Source of the DNA: Takakia lepidozioides | Taxonomy: Eukaryota; Plantae; Bryophyta | DNA length: 64,000 bases | Assembly: GCA_030704615.1 (NCBI GenBank) | Contig: CM060732.1 | Coordinates: 69,130,001 to 69,194,000, forward strand | Reading direction: 5' to 3' | Part shown: one piece after another, positions 38,966 through 51,400 of the stretch | Numbering within the stretch: the first letter of the stretch is position 1 | Layout of the letters: the number at the start of each line of letters is the position of its first letter | Translations under genes and position numbers: made by a program | The notes under the pieces: model-generated | The model's database searches: none | Told to the model about the DNA's origin: nothing | Seen by the model: only the letters and a program-made list of their open reading frames with translations

Positions 38966-40589
38966 ACTCTTTTAGCCCCTGTGGGTTGAGGAGACTGGTG
39001 ACAGAGAGATTGTATGCAACAGCAGATTATGCAACAGAGCTGAGAGGATTGGAATGCATTGGGCCCGAATGCACACTTTTATTGGGCAGTTTGGTTGCAG
39101 AAAGCAACTTTGAAAATTGACAACTTCCTCTGCACTCTATTGGACAAAGTTATTGAAGGATTCTCTAAACTTCTTACACTGCAACCTTCTTCAGGAACGA
39201 AATTCAACCCTAACAGGCTCATAAGCAGTTTGCAAACTGGAAATTATTTGGAAAACAAATCCTGGTCCTGACTTGGAGGAAGAATCTGTGGTCATATCGT
39301 CATATCCCACAGGCCAGTTGGATGATTCCTGACGACTCTCACATAAGAAGATTGTGTAACCAAAAATTCCATGCAACCTTTATGGGGATTGAAGCCAAGC
39401 CCTTTTCTACAGATGCACTGGATCATGTATGCAACCTCTCAGGTAGGAGTGGATCTAAACTGGGGAGGTGACTGCTGTATGCGCCACATAGTCACCGGGG
39501 CTAGATAGTTGAAAAAAGGATTTTTAGGATGCAAACTCTTGCACACTGGAGAAGGCTTTCTTTGTTTAGGGAGTTGAACCCTTCTAGCCCATACGGCATA
39601 CAAACATTGTCAATACGAAATCCTAAACTAAGCCAACTAACACTACATTGATCAAGGACTAGATATGCAAATAATGTTTGTACAGTGAGGTGAACCTTCG
39701 TATGGCGAACAAACCTATGTATAGTTATTGCTGTTTACATTTCAATAGGAGCAAGAAGGCACTGTAATCTTCATTCGCGTGAGCCACTGGGCTCCATCCC
39801 ATCACTAAAGCTCTGTCTAGAGCTGCACTTTGGCCAGACCGTTCCTTTTGCAGACAAGAGTCGGGGGACCAATGATGTAGGCATTGGTGAGATGCACCAA
39901 ACTTGTTTGGGTTCCCTCTACAATGGATGTGGAGGTAGGTAGTGCATTGGGACTTCAACCAGCAGGAGTGCGGCGCATGGGCTCGGCCACAACAGCAATG
40001 CCCGCTAGTGCTCCAGTAATTGACACAGCCTGGTTGTCAATCCTTCAACGTGACCTCGAATTTCCTCCAGGTGATCCTCCATGACTGCACAGACTGGAGA
40101 TAATATGGTGTGGCCTGCTATCAGAAGAACTCATATTAAGAAGAAGAAACTGGATGGGTTGAACCATCACCCCAGGAATGTGAAGGGGTGAAGTTGCAAT
40201 GCACTGGAGCTCGATTCAATAGAAAGCCTTCAAGTACTGCCAAATTTGCATACCATCCTGCTATATACGTTTCTTAATTGCAAACAGCCAAAACAGAAAT
40301 CTTTGGCTAGACCCCGGCGCATCCCTCTAGGAATGAAGGTCACCACTTTCCATACCTATGGACTCTTATCCAATGCATATGCTTTTGAAGATCTTGTGTT
40401 AGAGCACAGCTCCTAACACCAGATCTTCAGGCCCATGCTTTGAATGTAACTCCCACTGCTTGGTCATGCTTGTTCATGAGTGAATCTTGAAATGTCACAA
40501 GGGCATAGTAACTTCTACGCCTTAGAGGTGGGTCCAAATTTCATGTTTCTTTCTGTAGTTACAAACAAAAAGTCCCCTTTCACACCACG

Positions 40590-43500
40590 CATTACAAATC
40601 ACATGTCAGGCGCATACCTTAATCTCTTCAGCTCAGTATGAATTTCTGCAAGTTGTGGACACCATTTGTCTTCTACAACGACATCCGCACCTGCCGACCT
40701 CCATGCAGTTGTACGCTGGCTCTTTATCGATGAATGTCTGCCATCATTTTTCATATCTTTACCTTACCCTGCCAGCTGCAGCATACACATTTTCTACCTT
40801 ACCATGACGTAGATCCCACTTGATAAGGCATTTTGCCGCGCGTTGTGCAAGGTCCACATTGCCATGAACTCTGCAGGCACTAAGAAAAGCCCCCCACACT
40901 GAGGCATCTGCTTCAATTGGCATTTTGTTAATGAAGTCCTCTGCCTCGTTCAATCGTCCTCCACGACTTAGGAGGTCCACCATACAACCAAAATGCTCCA
41001 GTGTAGGGGTGAGGCCATAATTTCGGCTCATGGAAACAAAGTATTGAAGGCCTTCATCCACTAGCCCCACATGGCTACATGCGGAGAGAAGAGAAGTGAA
41101 GATGACACAGTCTGGCATCAATCCTTCTTCTTGCATTTGTTCAAATAGTTGCACAGCCTCCCTAGCACACCCATGTTGGGCACATCCTGCCATCATCGCA
41201 CTCCATGAGACCACATTTCGTTGAGGCATACTGTCAAATACTTGACGAGCGTCCTTCATGCTGCCACATTTGGCATACATGTCAACAAGGGCAGTCTCTA
41301 GACCCACACCAGTCCAGCTTGCTAATGTAGGCATGGACCTCTTTGCCTTTTCCCAGGGCCCCTAGGCTGGCACATGCGTTGAGAATGCAAGTTAGAGTCA
41401 CCTTGTTGGGCGTCATGCCTTCCTGAATCATTCGATCATAGATCTCAAAAGCCTCCCTACCACACCCATGCTGAGCATATCCTGCAATCATTGTGCTCCA
41501 TGAGATCACATCCCTTTGCACCATGTTGTCAAACACTCGACGTGCATCCTTTACCGTCCCGCACTTTGCATACATGTCAAGAAGGGTATTCTCCAGAATG
41601 ACATCTGCTGCTATGCCGGCTTTCTGAATGTCTGCAAGGATTTCTCTGCCCTTCTCCAGGGCTCCTAGGCTGGCACACACATGAAGAACACAAGTGAATA
41701 TGACTGCGTTGGGTGTCAACCTGTCCCTTTGTATCTGCTCATAGATCTCAAGTGCATCCCTGCCACACCCATGCTTGCAATATCCTGCTATCATTATAGA
41801 CCATGTAAACATATCTCTCTGAGGCATTTTGTCAAAAACTTGGCGTGCATCCACCATGCTCCCACACCTGGCATACATGTTGACAAGGGTGTTGAATAGA
41901 AGCACGTTTGGCTTGAATCCACTTTGGATAATGTGGGCATGCACCTGCTTTCCCTCTGCTAGATTTTTCATGTGGATGCACTCCTGCAACAGACAGACAT
42001 ACGTATTGGAGTCTGCTGAAATGCCTGGTTGGTTTAGAATTTGCAGTGCCTCTTTCAATTGCTTTGCTTTACATAGTGTCAACACAACCGCACAAATGCC
42101 AGACGAGTTCTTCTTGACTGCTTCTGTTGGTCCTTTTTCACAAGGAATGGTGGAGGTGCTACATCTGCCACCAGTCTGATTTCCAAAAAACAGCTGTGGT
42201 TCATTCAACGCTGCCATCCTGCACGCCTCAAATGTACATGTTATTATGCCTAGTTGTATAGGTGTATGTTGGAAATCTCCCATAATTGACAACCCAGCTA
42301 TGAAAGGGGGATCTCGGGTTAACTGGATACTTTGGGTAACTTGGGACTTTGAGTCCTTGGGGAGGTTTGGGGTGAAGAGACACCATAATTGATGCTCGCT
42401 TCGGCAGGTGTCAACCTTTGTTTCTCTGTGTATGCATAGTGGCCCTGAGGCAAGGACCCAGTGTACCATCTGTCTACTCTCAATGTGGGTGACCATGTAT
42501 ATGTAACAAGAATCCTGTTCTTATGAAGAGATCTTTCTGTGAAGTATCTATGAGGTTTTAGATGTGTTATGTGCAATTGAGCATAACTGTTGAGGTTTGG
42601 GTTGCACTGAGTCCCTATATATTTTGTGTATGCATAAGCATCCAACAGATAGCCGAGTGGTTCAAAGCCACAGTGTACAAAACATTATGCCTTGTTCTTC
42701 CCAAAAGGCAGGATAAAAAAATTGTAACAATTTTCATCATAGAATCATACCCATTGTGTTCTTGGCCCAGAGCTCCACAATGTAGTTCGTCGTCGTTAGG
42801 ACCATTGCCAGATTGTGCTTGACCTTGTAGCATAGTAGATAACTCTGTTTTCACCCAAGAAGGGTTTGACCAACCCTCAATCCAAAGGACCTCTTTTGTG
42901 TGCTTATGTCTGAAGTCTGGAGATGCTCGACTTTTCTGTAAAACCATTTAAGCAGCTTTAATCAAAACCTTGCATAGATGAGCGACAATCACCATAGCTC
43001 CAAGCATCTTTCAACGAGGAATGACCGCGAACAAACTACTGCCAGAAAAGTTAGAAACAATTTTGTCACTAATTTGACCAGCTCGAGACACAATCCAGCT
43101 CACAAAACATCATCAGCTTCAGTCACTAGCCCTCCTCAACAAATTACTTTCCGTCCTGAATGAAGATAGCCTTACCTTATCAAACCTGTTGTCCCACCAC
43201 TGTGAAGGATCTGAGAAGAACTCCTGCCAGAGACGTTCTTTGGTAAGTGCTCCACCTGCTTGCAAATCCTGCAAGAACGTGAGTCCGACAGCTTCCGATT
43301 GCCTCAGGCCCTATTGAAAGTTCACTAGTCTCGGCATGGTTGCAGCTCTTAGAACAACTTAAAGTGGGCTTTGCGTCACTTGTCCTTGTCATACTCACCC
43401 TTAGAGGAAACCTGGTGGGTATTTCTACCAACAGATGGCAACTCGTAGAAACTTTGGCACAATAAGGCACCTAATAAGTCTCTCTCCCTCGCTCTCTGAC

Positions 43501-43787
43501 ACAATGAATAGAAACAACAGAAGTGTATGCGAACGTCCAGCTCTCAGCTTGAGAAAGCCTCGATCGCACAATGCAAACAATTTGCAGACCCAAACAAAAT
43601 ACCCAACCCATTTCATGTCTGCACCTTTCTTCGGTTTCACTGGAGGCCGGGAAGCCGTCATCGCCATCAATTGCAAGAGTGTCTGGCCGGATCTGCTCCA
43701 TGAGGTGAGGTCTCCGGCCCCTTCCACACGAGGAGATGGAAGGGCCTTGGGTATGGTCTCTACCAGCGCACGCAGGCGAGCTGCCAT
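40590..43787 (-). pseudogene. Transit-peptide-like N-terminus + OSB-type PDF motif + PLS-class PPR + E/E+ gene, frameshifted at ~41320
   Basis: Exons 43608-43787, 43399-43470, 43176-43268 (ERLWQEFFSDPSQWWDNRFDK) and 42809-42935 (KSRASPDFRHKHTKEVLWIEGWSNPSWV). PPR ORFs 41282-42496 and 40759-41334 carry P-L-S triplets and HFGCMVDLLSRGG..VWGAFLSACRVHGN, followed by an eroded E+ (GYAPD). The splice link from the PDF exon to the PPR ORF is not resolved. Confidence 0.8.
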
Positions 43788-45657
43788 CGTGCGCTTCAGC
43801 GAGAAAGGGAAGACGACCATATATTCCCTCGTACTCTCATCCCTCCGCGTGTGCTGTGTTTGTGTAGGTGCTTATTACATCTGGCATGCTCAATGATCCT
43901 GCTCCCAACTTTCCTCTTGAGCATCCCTTCTTGTCATTCTAGCGACGACCCAAGGTCGAAATCTAGTGAATAGGGTGCCATAGTGCCTCGTCATCGTCGC
44001 CACGTCATCGCGCCAATGCTTCACACAGCGATCTCAGAAGGAGATCCTACATGGTGGATGCTGCACAACCTTTTCCATTTGCAAATGTGGGCTCTTGGCT
44101 CCTGTTAGTACCATGATTTGGTGTTCTTCCCGATGTTTACAAGGTTCTTGGGAGAGTCAGCTTGGGTGTTTCAATCTCTGCCTGCTCAGCTGCACCGTGG
44201 TGGTTCTCACAGACCAATCCGACATTACCTGAGTACAGACACAAGCAGCACACATAAGAGGTCCTTTAACGTTGATGGTTGGTCAAATCCTCCATGGGTC
44301 ATGACACAAGGTCAAGGACAATGTGGTGAGGGCACCTACTTCTTCGACCTATTTCAACCTGTTTTGCCCCCTTGTGAACCAACACCTAAAACGAACGTTC
44401 CATATAATTCACCATCATTCACTCGTTGTAAGAGTCTTCACTTCACACAGATGATGGATTGTTGTGGTGGGGGAGGGAAGCCCCATTATGGAGTGCATCG
44501 GGGACACAGCTTGCTTTATGACCTTCACATGGTTCTTTTCCCTTGTATAATCATGCTGAAAGTTCGGAGTAGATTGTGAACACTTGCAAATCAAAATACA
44601 GTGTCTGATCTGAACACAACAGGGAAGGAGAACTTGGAGCTTCTTATCGATAAGTACATACAGAATGTACCTAGTCAGAAGTGGAAGGGATCTATGCCGT
44701 AGAAGCACCAGCTCATTTGTTTGCCAATTTCTATCTTTGAGGTACCTTGCATGACTTTGGAATACACAGGAACATGTTGAAGCAATAAACCAGGAGCAAC
44801 AAAATCGTCTAGTAAATGGGTTAGCAGTACTCCATAGCTCTGAGTGGGTTTCTTTCGCTTTACACCGCCCTGAAGACTAAACCTTTCTGTCTGAATTGTG
44901 GGATTTAAGTACTCCCGACTTTTCTATCAGTTTCAGACTCAAAAATCTGGTCTGATCAAAAGCACAGCCAGTGATGGCAAGGGGTAAGGACAGAGGACAG
45001 AGGGAATTCCCTCGTTGTCTACAGAGGTAAGGAGATTGCAATAGAGAGGCCCAAGGATATGACGTGTAGTGCGTTGACAGTTCTATACTAAAGTGAGTAA
45101 GCAAAAAGCTTGATCGAGGGGGAGCAAGAAAAAAGAGATACAGTACGCCTGGTTGTAAAAGGATTGCCCTGTTGACATAGAACTCCTGGGAAACGGAGTA
45201 TTATTCGTAGAACAAATTCCAGCTCCCCAAGTCATCTGGCATTCTCCAAGACTTAGGTCAGTTTGTTTCCAGTGGGTTGGAGTGGTATGGCTAGAAGTTG
45301 GGCTTCATACTCAGAAGATGAAAGAAGTATTGCATGACCAAATAATTCAAGCAATTCAGTAAGAACTTCAAATCCACTGCCCCTAGCTAAGAGTAAAGAA
45401 GCTGGAAGTAGTAGAGGTCCAAAATGCACCACCGAATTGCAACAGGAGAGCTCCAGTCCTTTTACTCTAGCTCAGAGTGCAAGACTTCGGACATCCAACG
45501 CCATAGATTGTCACTGAATTGCAATCAGATGCCTCCACGTCCAGCCCTGATCCTAGCTGACAGGGTAGGTCCAGTGCCAAAAAATGTCGTGCAGTGGCAA
45601 CAAGAGAACTGCAGACTAAGCCCTGATGTTACCTTGGCGAGAGTTCAAGGTAGTGGT

Positions 45658-46590
45658 CTAGTGCGGCTTTGGGACATGGCCATCTACAGCGAAATTGCGA
45701 GTGGCAGCAGGAAGAGCCAACCGCAAGCCATTAAGCTCAGGCTTTGCGATCACTTGACATCCAAGACGGGATGTTTCTGTTAATCCAAAAGCAAGATCAA
45801 GCATGTCGTTCTCCTCATCAGATGGCTCCGGCAGCTTGTTGTAGTAAGCTTCCTCCGTCACAATGACATGACAAGTGGAACAAGCCAGCGATCCTTCGCA
45901 GGCACCTTCAAGCTCAATGTCATTTTCATGGGCAGCCTCCAGCATAGACATGCCCACAGGAACTTTTATCTCCTTTTCATCACCGTCTTTGCTCACAAAT
46001 GTGACAGAGATTGTTTCTTTACCATTATGGCCACCTGCTTCCTGGGGCTTCTCAGATGCCGCTGATGCATAACCACACCTCCGCTCACAGCAGCACACTG
46101 GAGATGTCAACAGAGGCCGTGAACAACTAAAACACGAGGAAATGATCGGAACCCTGGCACCTCCACATTCCGCAACAGCTGTGTGGAGCTCCCTAAACAT
46201 TCCCGAAGCTCCCTTTTGCCCTACCAAAATTGAAGACGACGCTCTCACAGCACACGGTGCAAGCAAATGAAATCCGATAGAAGCTCCAAACACATTTTCT
46301 CTTAAGGACAGGGCTACTCTAGAACGCAAGCCTTCATATTTCTTTCCCTCATCTCCTCCACCAACTAAGCCAAGACCTTCTCTATCTTCCACCACAGATT
46401 CAAAAGTCGTTTCCGAAGTAGCTAATTGAGACCTAGACCCTAACGCAGCAAGTACACCTCCATCACCACCACTCCAACGACGAAGCCTGCAAGTGGAAAG
46501 CGCCTGATGTTGAACCCAACGCCATCGCAGACCATGCAACCTCCCCGACGCTCTCATTGTGCTCATACCAAATGTATCCCTCTCGGACAC
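45658..46590 (-). CDS. MFDX: Mitochondrial adrenodoxin-like [2Fe-2S] ferredoxin, single exon
   Basis: [65 protein letters not shown], with an Arg/Ser-rich N-terminal extension. Confidence 0.92.
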   Translation of the reverse strand: MSERDTFGMSTMRASGRLHGLRWRWVQHQALSTCRLRRWSGGDGGVLAALGSRSQLATSETTFESVVEDREGLGLVGGGDEGKKYEGLRSRVALSLRENVFGASIGFHLLAPCAVRASSSILVGQKGASGMFRELHTAVAECGGARVPIISSCFSCSRPLLTSPVCCCERRCGYASAASEKPQEAGGHNGKETISVTFVSKDGDEKEIKVPVGMSMLEAAHENDIELEGACEGSLACSTCHVIVTEEAYYNKLPEPSDEENDMLDLAFGLTETSRLGCQVIAKPELNGLRLALPAATRNFAVDGHVPKPH

Positions 46591-47043
46591 AAACCTCTAG
46601 GAATGCTCCATCGCTGCCAAATCCGAACACACAGACAGACTAAGTACACAAGACACACAACAGAAGAACTCACAAGAGACGACGAGGGACTTGGCTCGTT
46701 GACAGCAACGACTCTGTTTTTATACTGCAAGTTTTTTCTCATTTTCCTGTGGGAAAAAACAAAAAACCTTCTTTGAAGATCGGTCGTCGCTAGTTTAGCG
46801 TAGAGCAGGAATAGGGTGCCATAGTGCCACGTCATTGTCGCCACGTTTCATAGACATGTCATCATCGCCATGTTTCATCTCCACATCATCAACGTCAATT
46901 TTCTTGGACCCTGCCCGAAATGCCCGAAATCACCGAGCTTGTCACTCACACGCGGCCGCTTCTTTCTCGCTCGCTGTCTTCGTTTGTGTTTGCGCGTCTC
47001 TGTGCGCGTCTGCCTGTGTGCGCTAGGTGTGGTTGCTGGAATC

Positions 47044-47666
47044 ATGGCTGGTGTTGAGGATAGCACCAACAATACAGGAGCAATTCACAACTGTGAGCCT
47101 CCAAAATAAGCACGCTCCAGTGGAACTACAAAACAACTCACAACATGTAAGCATGTAATAACATAATTGTTGTAGGAGGAGAAGAAGCCTTTGGAGGAGG
47201 GAGGTGACATTAACCTAAAAGTGAAGGGTCAGGTACAAAAGCCCGTGGCATTTTTGTATGGGTTGTTTCCCTATTGGGCTTGAAGTCGTTACGATTGTAG
47301 AGAATGGTTTACGTAGGGATGTATTCTTCGTCGTCTTCAGGGTTTTGGCTTGAAGTACATTCCTCTTGAAAAGACGTGTGCGAAACTCTTTACGAATATT
47401 TTGAACATAAAGAGAGTTTGAGTTGGAAAGGAGGGGGGGGGGGAGAGACGTGAAGAAAGCTGCGAGAATTGCGGTAATTTCGGGTGGTTGGAGAAGGTGT
47501 TGTGAAGAAGAATTTGTATGGGTCTAGTAACGGATGGCCGAAGATGCTGCAATGTGTAGGATGGCGGGAAGGGTTTTTTCAGGATTAAGAACATAGCCAC
47601 ACTTCGAAAGCTGATGCATGCATACTGCGACCGTCGGTCAGTTGATCCCAGCTCTATTGCTCATTT
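47044..47666 (+). pseudogene. SUMO: SUMO pseudogene truncated before the C-terminal di-Gly
   Basis: Exons MAGVEDS.. / EKKPLEEGGDINLKVKGQ|gta / tag|DGGKGFFRIKNIATLRKLMHAYCDRRSVDPSSIA. FDGRRL..QTGG is missing and the exon 1/exon 2 phases do not match. Confidence 0.8.
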
Positions 47667-47899
47667 GCAGATTATGAGTACACCGCAGGAGCTCTCACCT
47701 GCAATTTGCACGATGGTGGGACAACCGCAATCGCAAGGTGTTTTTTTTTAATGCACGATGTGAAGAAGTTTGTTCATCCTGCAAAGGTGGGCTCTTTAGC
47801 TTCTGTTAGTACCATGATTTAGTTTTCTTCCTGATGTTTACAAAATTCTTGGGAGAGACCACAGACCATCATTTGCAGACCACCCAAGAAGCTGGCAAT

Positions 47900-48465
47900 T
47901 GGCAGGTGGGACGATGCCGCAAAGGTGAGGAGGATCATGTGGGACAGATGTGTCAGGAGGGAGCCTGGTCGGTGCTGCATGAGGTCTATAGTCAGGTGCA
48001 ATCGAGGCGAAAAGGTGAATGCCTGTTACATTACAAAGAGTAGCAAACGCAATTGAGCATATGAATTGTGTGATAAGTTGAGTTGGGTGTATATGGGACT
48101 AGTAGATGGAGGCAGTCGTTACTTTGATTCTATGAGTCAAGCTCATGGCCTCACTTCCATAGACCAGCATTTTGGCTGCATGGTGGACCTTCTAGGCCGT
48201 GCAGGGCATGTGGATGAGGCAGAGGACTTCATCAAGAAAATGCCAAGCAAACCAGCTGCTACAATCTGGGGGACTTTGCTTGGTGCTTGGAGAATTCATG
48301 GGAATCTGGAGGTGGCAGAAGGTGCAGCAAAATACCTTCTTCAGTGGGATCTGCAGGATGCGGCAACGTATGTGCTTCTATCCAATATCTATGCTGCAGG
48401 TGGCAGGTGGGACGATGCCGCAAAGGTGAGGAGGATGATGTGGGGCAGAGGTGTCAGGAATGAGC
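47900..48465 (+). pseudogene. PPR S2/E-domain fragments (LTR target site)
   Basis: QHFGCMVDLLGRAGHVDEAEDFIKKMP..ATYVLLSNIYAAGGRWDDAAKVRRMM; the sequence resumes after the LTR element at 53668 (E)PGRCCIEV. Confidence 0.85.
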
Positions 48466-51400
48466 TGTTACGGACATAGCCCAGAAGAACTTACCAGGAG
48501 TAAATACCAGAAGTTATCAAATTACCATATTATCGAAAGTTGCCGTGATTTATCATGAACTACCATAAGTTATCATTAGTTACCAAATTACCGAGAATAA
48601 TTTGGGAAACTGCTCAAGAAGCTTCCTTTGGAGAAAACTTCTTCATCAAGAAACCTCCATTGGAAAAGCTTCTTAGGGAACTTCCTAGTAGCCAGTATAT
48701 ATAGGAGGCGAGACTTAGACACTCTTCAGTCTCGCCAACACAAGTTCAAGCTACTCTTGTTTCCAGTCCCAGTACTCCAATTCAGCTTCCAATACTCTAG
48801 CCCAGTTTCCAGTATCTGGCACTCTACTCCAGTTTCCAGCATTCCAATATTCAAGTCGAGTCCCAGTATCTTGTACTCTTGTCCATTGTTATAAAGATCA
48901 TCTTGATTCATGTTTACCCATCATGCATTCGGCCACGCCGACCTTGACGTCTTGTCTAGTCTTGTACCTCTAGTCTGATCTCTTGTTTGTGTTCAGTCAT
49001 GTTTTCGTTCTTGACAGTTTGACGAGACTAAAGTTTGTTCCTTAGTTAGTTAAGATGAAAGGCACATTTGCGGAAATGGTCGCCACATTGCAGAGTCTTC
49101 AGCTCCAAATACAAGAACTTTGTATCTCTACCGCCCAATTACAAGCTGATCAGTCTCAAGATCTTGGCAACGCTCTCTACAATTTGCAATAACAAATTTC
49201 AGAGTTAAAGGAGTCGAACAATGGATCTTCAACCATATGAGTCCCTACTGCAACGGTGTCACTTCAACAGATTACGAGAGAACCAAAGATCAGCATATCC
49301 GAGAAATTTGATGGGACGAGATCAAGATTTCGCGGTTTTGTTCAACAAGTACGACTATTCTTATGACTGCATCCACAACGCTACCATGATGAAGGTATTC
49401 CAGCGGGATTCGTGGGCACCCTTCTATCAGGCAGTGCCCTATCTTGGTTTGCACCGCTATTAGAAAAAAATTCGCATTTACTATACAATTTTGAAGCATT
49501 CATGTCCGAGTTCACTGCAACATTTGGAGAGAATGATAGAGAGAAAATTTGCAGAGACAAAGATGCGAAATCTTCGACAATGAGCACTTCTGCTTCCGTT
49601 TATGCTGCCGAATTTCGACAACTTGCGTGCGACCTCGACTGGAATGAGAAGAGCCTCATTAGTCAGTTTCGATGTGGGCTAAAAGATGATGTAAAAGATT
49701 TGTTGCTGACAATGCCAAACGTGAGCACACTGAACGAATTCATCACCCAAGTCATTGCATGCGATAATCGTTTGTTCGAAAGACGTCAAGAGAAACGATC
49801 TGGATGGTCGACGACGCATCATGCCGCTGCTACTATGGTACCAAACACAACAATCCATCAGACATCCGGTAATGATCATATGCAGATTGATGATGTCTGA
49901 TTCAAGCCATTGACGCCACAAGAAAAACAAAGACGGCGCTCGAATGGATTATGTCTCTATTGCGGAGAAGAAGATCACATAGTATTTAACTGCCCCAACA
50001 AGATAAGATTCAAAGCTCGGGGCGCAACTCAAGTGTTCGATACGAGGAGGTCGGAAAACGAAGATGTCCAGTCACAGTAGGGACCATGCGGCTGGACACC
50101 ACAAATTCCTCACCAAAAAAATGTCTGTTTCTACCTCCAGATCTTATACCTTGCTTCACAGTTCCAGTAAAAATCAGAGTGCAAAATCGAGATATCTCTG
50201 TAGAAGCACTTTTGGACTCAGAGGCTTCAGCATATTTTATTGACAAAAACTTTGCGAAACAACACAATTTAACGCTCGTAAAGAAGAAACTCTCGGCCCC
50301 CATTGAAGTCATCGATGGACGACCGTTAGCATTAGGAAATGTTAACTATGAAACTCGACCACTTTGAAGTGAAGCTTGAAGATCAAGCATCACATATTGT
50401 TTTCAACGTTATCCAGTCTCCAACAAATCATGTGATTCTTGGACTTCCCTGGTTCGTACTTCACAATCCTGACATCGACGGGCGATCGCGAAAAATTTCT
50501 GCAAGTCAAAAATGTAGAAATATCAAAAGTATTCAACCCATGTTCCTTGGAGCTAGAGCTTTTATGAGAGCTACAAAAAAGGATGCGGCATTTGCACTTT
50601 ATGCGATTCCGATCAAGACCACAACAGACAAAAGTACTTCAACATTACCCACTCAATATCAAGATTTCAAGGATGTCTTCGAGAAGAAAAATGCAGACAT
50701 ATTGCCAGAACATCGACCTTATGACTCTGCAACTGAGTTACAAGAAGGAGCCCAACCGCCATTCGGCCCAATCTATAACTTATCCCAGACGGAGTTAGCT
50801 ACATTACTAGAATACATTGATGAAAATTTGTCGAAGAATTTCATCCGACATTCAAAATCACCTGCGGGGGCGCCTATCTTGTTTGTGAAAAAAAAAAACG
50901 GATCATTACGCATGTGTGTAGACTAGGGCGTCTCAACTAGTCACAATTAAAAATCGTTATCCGTTGTCGCTGATTTCTAGGCTTCTCGACCAGCTGGGAC
51001 GATCGAAGATTTTCACCAAAATTGACTTGAGAAAAGCTTATAACCTTGTACGAATAAAAGAATGATACAAATGAAAAACAACTTTTCGAACAAGGTATGG
51101 ACATTTTGAATACAGTGTTCTGCTTTTCGGTCTTACAAATGCTCCAGCCAATTTTTCATATATGATGAATGACATTTTTTTCGAGAATTTTAGATGACTT
51201 GTAGTCATCTATTTGGACGACATTTTGATATTTTCACATAATGAAGAAGAACATGGCCGCCATGTACACCTTGTCATTGATAATTTAAGAGAAAGATGAC
51301 TATATGCCAAGTTGGAAAAATTTCTTTTTCATCAATCTGAGGTCGAATTTCTGGGCTACATTATTTAAACCAATTTCGGTCCCAGATATATAATGTTTTC

